A stretch of DNA of 59,837 nt, counting the filler. It is 4 parts of 4 records of this genome, joined end to end, with 100 filler letters (N's around TTAATTAATTAA, not from the genome) between each part and the next. Parts side by side here need not be neighbours in the genome. Positions count along the whole stretch, not along the records: positions 5,270 to 24,030 come from SRR31156797_4161; 3 more parts are not named here. One strand, given 5' to 3'. Below the pieces are notes generated by a model. The model was not told where the DNA came from. It ran no database searches and was given only the letters and a program-made list of their open reading frames with translations. A program made the position numbers and the translations under genes. Position 1 is the stretch's first letter. Each line of letters starts with the position of its first letter. This document shows positions 10,024-20,222 of the stretch, in pieces.

Positions 10024-13000
10024 CTAGATACTTATTCTATACACCGACATCTTTTTAAACCCATTAGAGAAGCTTTCCTTTGAAAATGCTGCAGGACGAA
10101 CATACCAAACTTTAGAGACTTTTCTTTTTACGGATAAAACAGCAGCAGCCACAGCTTGAATCTTTGAACCTGTCAAAGCCAATTCCACATTGGAACCTTC
10201 ATGGACATATTGATGCCTATAATATTTATCTAGATCACCAACTGCAATTTCTAAATCACTTGTTTGTGTTTTGCTGATTGTTACATTTTGAAATGTATTA
10301 GAAATTACCCCAGCAGAGATTTTAGCCAACCTAGCTCTAGGACTACTACTATTGGAGTAAAGCAAATTAAGGCTGTCATAATCTCTAAAATCAAGCATTG
10401 AAAATAATCGCTGATATTTTGGAGAGACAAATGAAATCAAAGACCGCCCACGGGTTTCATCGCTTTCGTTATTTAAAAGCAAGACGGGATCATACGGCGT
10501 CTCTTCACCTGTAGCGAGAGCTGCTACTCTATCCAGAATTTGATATGAATCAATATTTTTTTCAGCAGAAAGCACACCGTCAATAGACTCCTGTAAAGGG
10601 TAATACTCACTTGCTTCTCCGTAACCAATAAACACTTCACCATATAGGAGAAGTTGATTCCTTACAGAATTAAATATAACAGGCTTTGCAAGACCTGAAA
10701 CATCTATAAGACCACGATCACCTAAATCTATATTATTTAAAAATTCATCAGAGTAGTTAACCACATCAACGTTAGCACCACTCCATGAATTTAAAATTTC
10801 ATTCTTGAAACCTGTTAAAGGGTATTCAAAAGCGTAAACTTGATTAGGAAGAACGTTAGCGGCTAACAATTTATTAGACTCAAGTGTTCTTTCTTCAAAA
10901 CCTAGCCCTGTTAAAACAGAACTAATATTAGCATCATGAAGGCTATTTAAAGGCAATCTATCTATCGAAAAGTTAAAACCAGCAGTACCTATAATATTTG
11001 TTTGACCACTTTGCTGAGGAGAGGGATTATGAGTAAATAACGATTTTTGAACTAAGGCTGGGGTTGCATATTCAGCATTAATATTTTCAATCTCTTCTAC
11101 TTGGCTGTATTGCTCATCATCCACAATAGTCTCGACGCCGCCTAAATTACGAAGAAGAATTTCTTTTCCTTCATCCGGGTGGTCAAGCCACTGCTGAAGA
11201 ACTTTTCCAGAAAGCTCGAATCTATCTCTATCAGAAAGCCCAATATAATTTGCCAAGCCAAACAGTTTTCTAAAACTCAGCTTAAACTGCAAATCAGGTT
11301 CTGAATGAAGAGTCTTAGTCCGTGCTGCCCCACCTGAATACACAAACACGCCCGCATCAATAAGCTCTCTAAGCTGTTCTGTTTGATTCTGAATTTCTTT
11401 AGAATCGCTTGTAGAAATTCTTACATAAATCAAATTATACTGTCTAATTCTCTTAGGGTTTTCTTTATATGATTGAACCATCAGAGAATAAGAGGCATCA
11501 GCAAAGGACTTCGCGCAATCTCTAAGTTTAGTATTCCTACGGTTTAACATGAACAATCTTTTTGAGCTCATATCTTGGAAACATTGAGATTGATCTAAGT
11601 CGGAAATAGGAACATCTCCTTTAAAACACCGTAATATTTCTTCATATAACTTTACGACATCTCCAATTTCTCCAACACAGACATGTGTCAGGCACGCAAT
11701 GCCTCGATACACTCTTTTTCTAGCTGCAGACGTTTTACGAGATTGAGCAATTTCACGGGCAATATCTTCAAGCGGAACTGTTCCAAGTAAAGTTTCAGGA
11801 CTAAAACTGGGGTGGGAGATATAATATCGAGAACGATAATTTAAAATATCACATAAGAACTTTTTGCCTTTCTTTTTAAGCATTTTTAATACATCGGCAC
11901 CAAGATCAAAATGATCAACGTCACGCCCCTCCATGATAGGATGTAACCTTCCCTGAGATCGCAACCCTAATTCAATTGTTTGCCACTCAGACGTAATCTT
12001 AAATGCGCAGTCCTGATGGCTAAACAATAGCATAGTTAAAACATTTCCTACTCTCGTTAAATTTAGAAAACGAGTTGAAACATCATCAAGCAAAAACAGA
12101 ACCTTAACATTACTCCAAATTGGACTGCAGCGTTTAATACTAACAGCAAGGCTTGCGAACAAATCACTTGGGGTGTGGTTTGATATAATTGAACTCTCAG
12201 GTTTTGCGACTTCGACAGCAAGCCTTTCAAGAGCCCTTTCCAGCCCTTCTAAACTAAGCGTATTTTCCAATATTTGAGCTTCACTAATATGAGCTGCGAC
12301 GCACTCTGCTATCTCTTTATGAGCACCCGTATTTACACTGTTCCTGTCAATATCCTTTAAATGCAACATCCCTCTTACAGCTTGCAGCGCATAGTATATA
12401 TAAATTTTTGTGACTTTTGATTCAATTTTACTGAGAGAATCCGACCTCAAATCAACAATTTTATTCGCAGAAACAAAAAAACCAACAAAGCTATCAGAGC
12501 TTAATCTTTTAAGAATATCAGCAGAGGATTCACCTTGAAGTTCAGCAGCCCTAGCGTGAAACTCTAATGACCTTAACAAATGGGTCTTTCCGCATCCACG
12601 CATACCAGTAATAATTTGAGGTCCGGGCTGAGAAATCCTGCGTACCCAACGGCCATCAGGGTCAACAAGCAGGGAAGGGATGTCCCATGGCTCTAAAGAT
12701 TGGGCATTGTAATGATCGCTGAAATTTTTTAAAACCAGCCCCTTTCGCCAAGGAGCCCATAAATGGCTGGCCCTGTATACAGTTTCTTTAATTTTCTCTA
12801 TTAATAAATCATATTCAAGATCCCGCATCTTTTCAGGGTCATGAATAAGAAGCTGAACGACCTCCTGCAACGCTAAGGCAATGCGATACTCCCTATCATC
12901 TGTATCTTCTAGTGCGCCTGTCACCCGATCAATCATCACATTTATATGCTCAGCTATGCGTCGCAAATCGCCCAATCGCCCACATTCAATATCGCTTCTA

Positions 13001-13644
13001 CTAATACCGTCTGTAGACCCCAAATCAATAGCCATAACTTTTATACTATCACAAATAGCGTCACTACGACGGGTCTCTTTAGGTAATGTCTCAACAATTA
13101 TATTTTCTGCATGCAAATCATTATGGTGAAGTTTTTTACAGGAGAACTCTTTATGTATCTTCAACAAGTCAATGGCGACCTGCGCAACCATCTCAATACT
13201 TGCTTTAGCTTCAAAAAAATCCTTTAAGAGAACTCCATTTACATACTGCAATTCAGCAATGTAACAATCAATCTTACTATTATCTTTATCAGAAAAAGCA
13301 ACAACACCTTCTGTAGGGTGCACTATCTTAATTATATGTTCACTGTCTTTAGCTGCTTTTGCATGGTTTAAGCACTCGGCTTTGAAGTCTTTCTCAAAAA
13401 ATTCATACACATTTTTAGGAATAATCTTAATTACACAGAGTGTTTCAAGAAACTCTTTTTCAGCAATATATACAGAGCCAAAAAAACCTCTCGAAAGAGG
13501 CCTGATGATCTTATAATTATCGATAACCTTTGGAGGAAAATCTAAACAGAAGCTGTATTTACGATTACAAGTGTCACAACGATCTGAAAGTTGCTTTTCA
13601 CTTTTGTGATGCCTTGGACAAAACATACAACAATAATAGCTCAT
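10024..13644 (-). CDS. Multidomain protein: Zn-ribbon, Ser/Thr kinase, P-loop ATPase (ORC/CDC6-like), C-terminal alpha/beta domain
   Basis: CxxC...CxxC; kinase motifs LSRGFFGSVY, VIK, HNDLHAEN, IDLG; Walker A GMRGCGKT, Walker B LFLLDD; C-terminal GLGFEERT / IDVSGLAKP / LALTGSK; start moved to ATG 13644 after a GGGGGAG RBS. Confidence 0.8.
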   Translation of the reverse strand: MSYYCCMFCPRHHKSEKQLSDRCDTCNRKYSFCLDFPPKVIDNYKIIRPLSRGFFGSVYIAEKEFLETLCVIKIIPKNVYEFFEKDFKAECLNHAKAAKDSEHIIKIVHPTEGVVAFSDKDNSKIDCYIAELQYVNGVLLKDFFEAKASIEMVAQVAIDLLKIHKEFSCKKLHHNDLHAENIIVETLPKETRRSDAICDSIKVMAIDLGSTDGISRSDIECGRLGDLRRIAEHINVMIDRVTGALEDTDDREYRIALALQEVVQLLIHDPEKMRDLEYDLLIEKIKETVYRASHLWAPWRKGLVLKNFSDHYNAQSLEPWDIPSLLVDPDGRWVRRISQPGPQIITGMRGCGKTHLLRSLEFHARAAELQGESSADILKRLSSDSFVGFFVSANKIVDLRSDSLSKIESKVTKIYIYYALQAVRGMLHLKDIDRNSVNTGAHKEIAECVAAHISEAQILENTLSLEGLERALERLAVEVAKPESSIISNHTPSDLFASLAVSIKRCSPIWSNVKVLFLLDDVSTRFLNLTRVGNVLTMLLFSHQDCAFKITSEWQTIELGLRSQGRLHPIMEGRDVDHFDLGADVLKMLKKKGKKFLCDILNYRSRYYISHPSFSPETLLGTVPLEDIAREIAQSRKTSAARKRVYRGIACLTHVCVGEIGDVVKLYEEILRCFKGDVPISDLDQSQCFQDMSSKRLFMLNRRNTKLRDCAKSFADASYSLMVQSYKENPKRIRQYNLIYVRISTSDSKEIQNQTEQLRELIDAGVFVYSGGAARTKTLHSEPDLQFKLSFRKLFGLANYIGLSDRDRFELSGKVLQQWLDHPDEGKEILLRNLGGVETIVDDEQYSQVEEIENINAEYATPALVQKSLFTHNPSPQQSGQTNIIGTAGFNFSIDRLPLNSLHDANISSVLTGLGFEERTLESNKLLAANVLPNQVYAFEYPLTGFKNEILNSWSGANVDVVNYSDEFLNNIDLGDRGLIDVSGLAKPVIFNSVRNQLLLYGEVFIGYGEASEYYPLQESIDGVLSAEKNIDSYQILDRVAALATGEETPYDPVLLLNNESDETRGRSLISFVSPKYQRLFSMLDFRDYDSLNLLYSNSSSPRARLAKISAGVISNTFQNVTISKTQTSDLEIAVGDLDKYYRHQYVHEGSNVELALTGSKIQAVAAAVLSVKRKVSKVWYVRPAAFSKESFSNGFKKMSVYRISI

Positions 13645-13749
13645 ACTCCCCCCGTCTGTATGAAGAACCATATAAACCAATAGATACTATAACTACAAAG
13701 CAAGCAGAGACCATGTTAATAAAAAAACATCTCTCTATGTGCACCTAAC

Positions 13750-15579
13750 TCATTCATATGAAATAAAATCGACTCCAATCCGCGAATTATAGCTTCCTTT
13801 ACTGTGAAGTAGCCTGTCGGCATATTCACTCCGCAACTTACCAAGCACCTCAACGTCAATGGATTCAAACTTTAAATCTGCACGACACGCACCTGCTTTA
13901 CACTTTTCCCTAGTGACCATTTGCAGAGTAGCTTTTCCGTCTTCCAGCAAGCCGGTATTGCAGGAATAAAAAACATAAGGATGAGGATTCTCACCAGCTC
14001 CGTGAAGTATCCGAAAAGGAGTAGGATTTCCTTCGTAATTTAAAAAGATATGGTTGCATTGTGTTGCATCCGCTAGTGCTTGTTTAACTTCGTCATCTTT
14101 CGTCACACACTCAAGCCTAAGAGCCTCAAAGTAAGCTGCAGGATATAAGTTTTGCCTATACCCAGAATCTTTTTTACGGGGAAACATATCGCATGACGGC
14201 GAAGCGCATACCCAAAATCTTTTTTTGCCCGTCACAGACTTAAACACCACGCCGTTGGTAAAAAATAATCCGGAGTAATCAGTGCTGCACAGAAAGGCAT
14301 TCAACGCAAGTATGATGGAACCATCGCTTAACTCAGAACTCAATTTTTCATGTTTTTTAGCCTTAACGATGGAACTTTCGTCACCGGCATTGATAAAGCT
14401 GAATAGTTTTTCACCAAACTCGCCGACAGTTTGGTGTACTGATTCTGAAAAGGTAGCAAAGGCCCTTTGAGTTAAATCTATGACTCGATGTGAAATTTCC
14501 AGCTTCGACTCAGTATTAGAAGGATGTTCAGACTCAAGAGTGTGATACAGCAAAGCCGCACGAGTTTTTTCATCCCCGAAAATATTTTTTAAAACATCCG
14601 CATTTGCAGAACGAAACGAGGTAATACCTTTCCTCATCAAGAGACTAATTGGTGAAGGCCTATAATCCTTCAAACACTCTTTCAGCTCCTCAACTAGGCC
14701 GTCTATCGAATCATTGGCATTGTCTTCTGTCTTTTGAACAATTGCCACGAATACGTTCTTGCCTCTAATCCACTTACGACCATCTTCCATTGAGGAACAT
14801 TCCAGCTCAGAAACATTACTACTCAGGTTCAGCTCAGGTAAAGAAATTACATCATAGGTTTCAACAAGATGGCTTTCAAAAGCGCATCTGACAATATTTT
14901 CCCTTTTCTCCTCAGCGAACTTGTCTTTTACACCAAGTGAATTAGCTAATGATCCTAGCGACCTGTTATTTAATGAAAAATAACCTAAAAGATTGTCTTT
15001 TATCTCTTGTGCATCTATTTTCGCAGCTTCACGCTCAATAGCTTTTGAAAAACCGTCACTGATACTACCTCGCAAAACTCTCGCTACGACTGGCGCAACT
15101 TCTGAAGGAGATTTTGTCGTATATAAAACAACAAGATTAAATCTCTCTGTCTCATCCAAAACCTTCAATATTTGAAGAGACTTAGCTTCAGACCTTGTCT
15201 CAGGCTCCAAAATATAATCTAAAACAATCAAATCAGGTTTATTAATAAAATCCTTCGACTGATTTAAAATATTCGTCGGGTTTGACTCAACATCAAAAAT
15301 AAACCCACTTTGTCGACATGACGATGTCAGGCTGTAAGCGCGATCAAACGAGCTGGGATCTTCATTTAAAGGTTCAGCCGATTTTTCGTCACCGTGTAAT
15401 AGAGCTTGAGAAGCAAGGTCACCTTCAAGATCAAGCTCATCTTCAAAATCTTCACCTAAATCATCCTCAGGGTCAGCCGATTCCAAAAGATCTGCGTAGC
15501 TCGGAAAGTTATCATCGATAAACAAAACACTTTTAATTGGATCAATAAAAACATCCTGAACAAGATCATTAATCGGCAT
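13750..15579 (-). CDS. Receiver-domain protein with long uncharacterised C-terminal region
   Basis: VLFIDD, DLIVLDY (phosphoacceptor Asp) and VVLYT receiver motifs; start overlaps the end of the upstream kinase gene. Confidence 0.8.
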   Translation of the reverse strand: MPINDLVQDVFIDPIKSVLFIDDNFPSYADLLESADPEDDLGEDFEDELDLEGDLASQALLHGDEKSAEPLNEDPSSFDRAYSLTSSCRQSGFIFDVESNPTNILNQSKDFINKPDLIVLDYILEPETRSEAKSLQILKVLDETERFNLVVLYTTKSPSEVAPVVARVLRGSISDGFSKAIEREAAKIDAQEIKDNLLGYFSLNNRSLGSLANSLGVKDKFAEEKRENIVRCAFESHLVETYDVISLPELNLSSNVSELECSSMEDGRKWIRGKNVFVAIVQKTEDNANDSIDGLVEELKECLKDYRPSPISLLMRKGITSFRSANADVLKNIFGDEKTRAALLYHTLESEHPSNTESKLEISHRVIDLTQRAFATFSESVHQTVGEFGEKLFSFINAGDESSIVKAKKHEKLSSELSDGSIILALNAFLCSTDYSGLFFTNGVVFKSVTGKKRFWVCASPSCDMFPRKKDSGYRQNLYPAAYFEALRLECVTKDDEVKQALADATQCNHIFLNYEGNPTPFRILHGAGENPHPYVFYSCNTGLLEDGKATLQMVTREKCKAGACRADLKFESIDVEVLGKLRSEYADRLLHSKGSYNSRIGVDFISYE

Positions 15580-18514
15580 TCTCTACTCCCCGAAATTCAA
15601 TAATAAAATTTGCCCCTTCACAAACTTTAGGATCACCAGCAACTGCATATCTAATTTTATGATGAGCTACAGCTAAATTTTGCTTGCAAAGGTATAACCC
15701 CACCCCGCGCCCATTGGATCTACGGGTAAAGAAAAGTTCAAATAAACGTGGTTCATCATCAGGATCAACACCAGGACCGGAATCAGCGACGACCGCTTTC
15801 CCATCTACAAAATCCAACACCACCTTTCGCTCATCTCCACGTTGGACCCAGTAGATGGCGTTGTTAACCAAGTTTATAAACGTAGGATAAATTCTAGAGG
15901 GGAGATCTTTAATCCTAAGACTCTTGAAAGAAGAAGTAACATTAAATGTAATTCTATTATCTCTCAGAATACGCTCAAAAAAATTCTCCAGATATTCACC
16001 TATCTCAGCACCTGTTATGTTAACCCTGCTCCGATAAGCTGTAATCTTCATCGGGGTTAAAAAACGAAGTCTATCTATAAGTGCACGATGAGCTTCATAT
16101 GCAAGTTTATAACTGGATAACTGCCGCACCTTTAAAGGCAACTTATTCATATACCGTGAAACCTGAGACTCTAAATCCTGTAATTCATGCCCAATAATTT
16201 CAACACTGATTCCAAGTTGCGCAACAGCATTCAGCTGTTCAACCTTTTGTTCCAATATGACACGCTCTTGATCTGCCAACAAAAAGGCTCCCTCAATGTC
16301 CACCCCGCTTGCAATCTGATCTAAGCTGTTAAAAACTCCTGAATATTTTATTTCAAAATCCTCTCTCATCTCATTGTATTTACTATCGAGCATATCAAGA
16401 ATTCTCGGCAAGCCCTCTCTATCCTTTAGCAGCTCTATATAATCGATAGCAGACTTTCTGTATGCCTTCCGATCATCAAAGGCTTCGCTGTGCCATGACT
16501 CGGAAAGAGAATTTAGATGATCCGTAATTAACTTGAGAGATTTTGAAACTTGTTTGGATAACTTTGTTTCATTGCTTTGAAACTTATGAATTGCCACATC
16601 TTTAGGTTCGCCAAACAGCCCTTTAGCTTCACAGTCTGAAACTTTTTTCTTGAGTTCAGTTAGAATAAGGCAGAACTCGGTATATGCGTCCCTGTAATCT
16701 CTGTACTGGATCTCCTTCTTGCCCAGTTGGCTAGGTAAGGGAGGCAACATTAGCTTCTCTTTTAAATCATCAAGCCTTTCGATCTCAGTACGGATTAATG
16801 TAAGATCATACTTATCGCGTCTGTCTATAGCATCTAAAAGTGCAGCTGGTTGATCTTCAATGGCCTCCCGGCATTCAATCATTAGCGGAAAATTATCATT
16901 TAAAACCTTAGCAAAATTCTTCTTTCTACGCTTTCGTGCTCGCTCGGCTGCTGCTGCCTGTAATTTATTTCGCTTCTCAATTTCAGGCATTTCTTGCTTT
17001 CGAATAACGGACTGTCTACCGAAATATTGATATGCTGCTTCAATCAATACCCCTTCAACCAATCGCACCATTTCACGACGAGCTTTATTATCAACAAGGC
17101 CTTCACGCCCTGCTTTGTCTTTCAAATTTGGATTATCAGTTCGAGTAAATGCCATTCTCCCGAAAGACTTTCTATGAGAGAAAAAAAATGTTCCGGCATT
17201 TTTGGTTCTCCGTGACTCAATACTGAAAAGATCTGCTCCCGGCCTCCCATAAGGCATAACCCTCAGGCCATCTCTATATACTAAAATGCCACCGTAAAGA
17301 TCACTCTTCCCTTGAATTGAATCCCACTCAACTCTTGAATGAGTAGACTTCGCACCAGCTTTAGTAGCCTCAAATGAAGCAATACAGAATTTAAACGGTC
17401 CGACATAATCTGATTTTTGCAACTTTCTAAAGCCGAGCGCTGGAAATTCTTTCTTGCCTCGATACTTCCCAAAAGCTTGAACTTCACAGTGGAAATTACC
17501 TTTACCGTCAAATTCTCCGTATACCCAGTGTTCTAAAGACTTAAAATCATCAATACCGAAATAGCTTTCATAATCTAAAATTGTGTGCGGGGCTTTCCCC
17601 CTATAATGGACCTGTACTGCATATTTGAAATTAATTGACTCATCTGCATATGGATCTGAAAAACCTGTCAGAGTTTGTTGAAGATTTTCTCTTACAGCTA
17701 CCGCATCTTCATCTTCATGATCTTTCATGACCAATGAATTCAACTCACGGTACGGAGCAATTCCGAAAAGGGCGGTCCCGTGCATTTCGTCTTCATCTAC
17801 ATCATTCATTATGGAACGCCATGCATGTAGGTGAAATGAACTTATCACTTCTTCATGATTAAAATCTGTAATAGCAGTGTATGTATCCTTTTCTTTGCCC
17901 TGACTTTTTTCCAACTTGGTAAAACTGCTCCATGCGCCTGCAAGTCTGACTTCTCTTTCGTTTTTGGCATCAAAATCCCATTTCAAATTGGACTTTAAAG
18001 TTTCAAACATTCCCGGAACAAGTAGTTGTAATTCTTTTAAATCATCAAATTCAATTATTGGAAATTCAATATCAGATATATTTAAATAAGGATTTTCAAA
18101 AAAACGCCAATCAATAAGAGCTGCGGTAAACTTTGTCTCTACTTTCTTAGTCACAACAAGAGTTATAGGGGCTAAAAATGCAGTTGACAGACGACCGATT
18201 CCTTTTTCTCCCTGCTTCTCCCTCGGCTCAAGGTCGAACAAAGTCGTCTTATCGTTAAATGAATCAGCCTTACTCTCTGTGCCAACAACCAACCACCAAT
18301 CGAGAAACTCTTGGGCACTCATGCCGCAGCCGTTATCGATCACTGCAGCAATAGGTGTATCACCCTCATAAATATGAAGCTCCACCTTACGAGCATAAGC
18401 ATCGTATGCATTCTTCCATAACTCACTGACCGCAGTAGGGGCGTCAGCAATCTGGCCCCTGCCTAAATGGTCAATAGTCCTCGCCTTAGTTTGAAAACTT
18501 GCCACTCTTTGCAT
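15569..18514 (-). CDS. MORC/MutL-like GHKL ATPase fused via coiled coil to a histidine kinase
   Basis: N-terminal GHKL motifs ELWKNAYDA, DNGCGM, GEKGIGRL; middle YRDGLRVMPYG / DKAGREGL; C-terminal H-box IIGHEL, NLVNNA, DSGPGV, GRGVGL; no TM segment. Confidence 0.88.
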   Translation of the reverse strand: MQRVASFQTKARTIDHLGRGQIADAPTAVSELWKNAYDAYARKVELHIYEGDTPIAAVIDNGCGMSAQEFLDWWLVVGTESKADSFNDKTTLFDLEPREKQGEKGIGRLSTAFLAPITLVVTKKVETKFTAALIDWRFFENPYLNISDIEFPIIEFDDLKELQLLVPGMFETLKSNLKWDFDAKNEREVRLAGAWSSFTKLEKSQGKEKDTYTAITDFNHEEVISSFHLHAWRSIMNDVDEDEMHGTALFGIAPYRELNSLVMKDHEDEDAVAVRENLQQTLTGFSDPYADESINFKYAVQVHYRGKAPHTILDYESYFGIDDFKSLEHWVYGEFDGKGNFHCEVQAFGKYRGKKEFPALGFRKLQKSDYVGPFKFCIASFEATKAGAKSTHSRVEWDSIQGKSDLYGGILVYRDGLRVMPYGRPGADLFSIESRRTKNAGTFFFSHRKSFGRMAFTRTDNPNLKDKAGREGLVDNKARREMVRLVEGVLIEAAYQYFGRQSVIRKQEMPEIEKRNKLQAAAAERARKRRKKNFAKVLNDNFPLMIECREAIEDQPAALLDAIDRRDKYDLTLIRTEIERLDDLKEKLMLPPLPSQLGKKEIQYRDYRDAYTEFCLILTELKKKVSDCEAKGLFGEPKDVAIHKFQSNETKLSKQVSKSLKLITDHLNSLSESWHSEAFDDRKAYRKSAIDYIELLKDREGLPRILDMLDSKYNEMREDFEIKYSGVFNSLDQIASGVDIEGAFLLADQERVILEQKVEQLNAVAQLGISVEIIGHELQDLESQVSRYMNKLPLKVRQLSSYKLAYEAHRALIDRLRFLTPMKITAYRSRVNITGAEIGEYLENFFERILRDNRITFNVTSSFKSLRIKDLPSRIYPTFINLVNNAIYWVQRGDERKVVLDFVDGKAVVADSGPGVDPDDEPRLFELFFTRRSNGRGVGLYLCKQNLAVAHHKIRYAVAGDPKVCEGANFIIEFRGVENAD

Positions 18515-18569
18515 AAGAGCCTCTATAAGTGTTTTTTATATTTTTTTGAAGAGAATAATCACAGTGTGA

Positions 18570-19670
18570 TTATTTTATGGAGCGTAGGTAGTCAGATATA
18601 TTTCGCAAAAGGACTTTTCCTAATTCATATGGGACAGCATTTCCGACCTGAATCCCACCAGCAGTAAGGCCGCCTTCGAAGACAAAGCTGTCGGGAAAAG
18701 TTTGAAATCTGGCTGCATGACGTATCGTTATTCCGTGATGCTCTGTAGGATGCAGAAAGCGTCCTTTGGATGGATTTGTACAACCGGTTGTTATTGTCGG
18801 ACCTAACTTTTCAGGATCAATCCTGCCGTACACGTCTTTATGACCGGCGTAACCGTTTTGATGGCAGGGAAGCACGCGGTTAGATTCAGTACGGCTTCCG
18901 CCGTTTAGAGGAGTGCTTTTAAAAACCTCGATAAGTTCCTTCGTATGGTTCATGTGGATGTTATTGGGGTCCTTTTCACTCAAAGGCTCTCTGAAAACAA
19001 CTTTCGATGTAACCCAAGAAGGCTTATCTAAATTTAAAACTTCGTCAGATGAAGGGGAGAAATGTGTTGGGGCAGGGGGCCACTCATGTTTCTGCTCAGG
19101 TTCTTTTTTGAAACCTAAAATAAAAACTCTTTTTCTGTTTTGAGGGACACCGTAATCTCTGGCATTGAGTAAAACAGGATCGCACACATGATAACCGGCC
19201 TGTCGGCCCAGCTCATAAAATTTATCTACATATTTCTCATGTCGCTTCCAGAGCATACCAGCTACGTTTTCAACAATAAAAACTTTCGGGGCGAGAGCTT
19301 CAACAAACCTGAAGTACTGCAAAAGAAGCTCGTTTCGGGGATCATCAACTCCGGCATCCTTAAAACGATGCGAAGAAAAACCTTGGCAGGGCGGACCGCC
19401 CATTAAAAGATCAAGCTCCCCTCTCTTTAAATCAATATCTTTCATTACAGACTCAGGAGAAAGCTCACAAATATCATCCTGAAACAATCTTGGCCCAGAA
19501 GGATTCTCTCTTATAAAATTATTCTCATATGTCGAGCATGCGTAATGATAGTGCTCCACAGCAGCAAGCACGGAAAAGCCAGAGTTTACGGCAGCTAGGG
19601 AAAATCCACCTGCTCCGCTGAAAAGGTCAATTGCGGTAAAACGGCCTGAAGGCTTACTTTTTAAACTCAT
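18570..19670 (-). CDS. dcm: DNA (cytosine-5)-methyltransferase
   Basis: Motifs DLFSGAGG, GGPPCQGFS, ENV, PQNRKR, QVGNAVP. Confidence 0.95.
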   Translation of the reverse strand: MSLKSKPSGRFTAIDLFSGAGGFSLAAVNSGFSVLAAVEHYHYACSTYENNFIRENPSGPRLFQDDICELSPESVMKDIDLKRGELDLLMGGPPCQGFSSHRFKDAGVDDPRNELLLQYFRFVEALAPKVFIVENVAGMLWKRHEKYVDKFYELGRQAGYHVCDPVLLNARDYGVPQNRKRVFILGFKKEPEQKHEWPPAPTHFSPSSDEVLNLDKPSWVTSKVVFREPLSEKDPNNIHMNHTKELIEVFKSTPLNGGSRTESNRVLPCHQNGYAGHKDVYGRIDPEKLGPTITTGCTNPSKGRFLHPTEHHGITIRHAARFQTFPDSFVFEGGLTAGGIQVGNAVPYELGKVLLRNISDYLRSIK

Positions 19671-19772
19671 TGATTTAACTGTAAAATTTTAAATATAAAC
19701 GGGAACTGCGTCAGCTAAACAGGATAACGTTTAGATACAGAAAAATCAATATCTACAGTTTGCAATAACCAA

Positions 19773-20180
19773 CTATAAACTAAGCTTTTTTCTAAGTCTT
19801 TCGGCAAGGGAGTTCATATCTTTAAGCTCGCACGTCCAGACAACAATCACTTTCCAGCCTAAATTCCTGAGCTTTTGCTGGACGACTCTATCTCTTTCAA
19901 TATTCTTCTGAAATTTATTTTCCCAAAACTCTGTGTTTGTTTTGGGAGTCGAGGCTTTGTTGCACCCTTGATGACGGTGCCAATAGCAACCATGCACGAA
20001 TATTACTGTTTTGTATTTGGGTAAAACAATATCCGGCTTTCCGGGCAAATCCTTTCTGTGAAGTCGAAAACGATACCCCATTCTGTGCAGCAAAGACCGC
20101 ACGAGTATTTCCGGCTTAGTATTCTTTGACCGGACCCTGCTCATATTCCAGCTTCGTTTTTCAGGGGAAAGATGATCCAT
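19773..20180 (-). CDS. vsr: Very short patch repair endonuclease
   Basis: MDHLSPEKRSWNMSRVRSKNTKPE, LPGKPD, FVHGCYWH, NIERD...LGWKVIVVW. Confidence 0.96.
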   Translation of the reverse strand: MDHLSPEKRSWNMSRVRSKNTKPEILVRSLLHRMGYRFRLHRKDLPGKPDIVLPKYKTVIFVHGCYWHRHQGCNKASTPKTNTEFWENKFQKNIERDRVVQQKLRNLGWKVIVVWTCELKDMNSLAERLRKKLSL

Positions 20181-20222
20181 ACGACAGCCACAGTAGGCTA
20201 AAAGATTCTCTCTATAGAGGGG

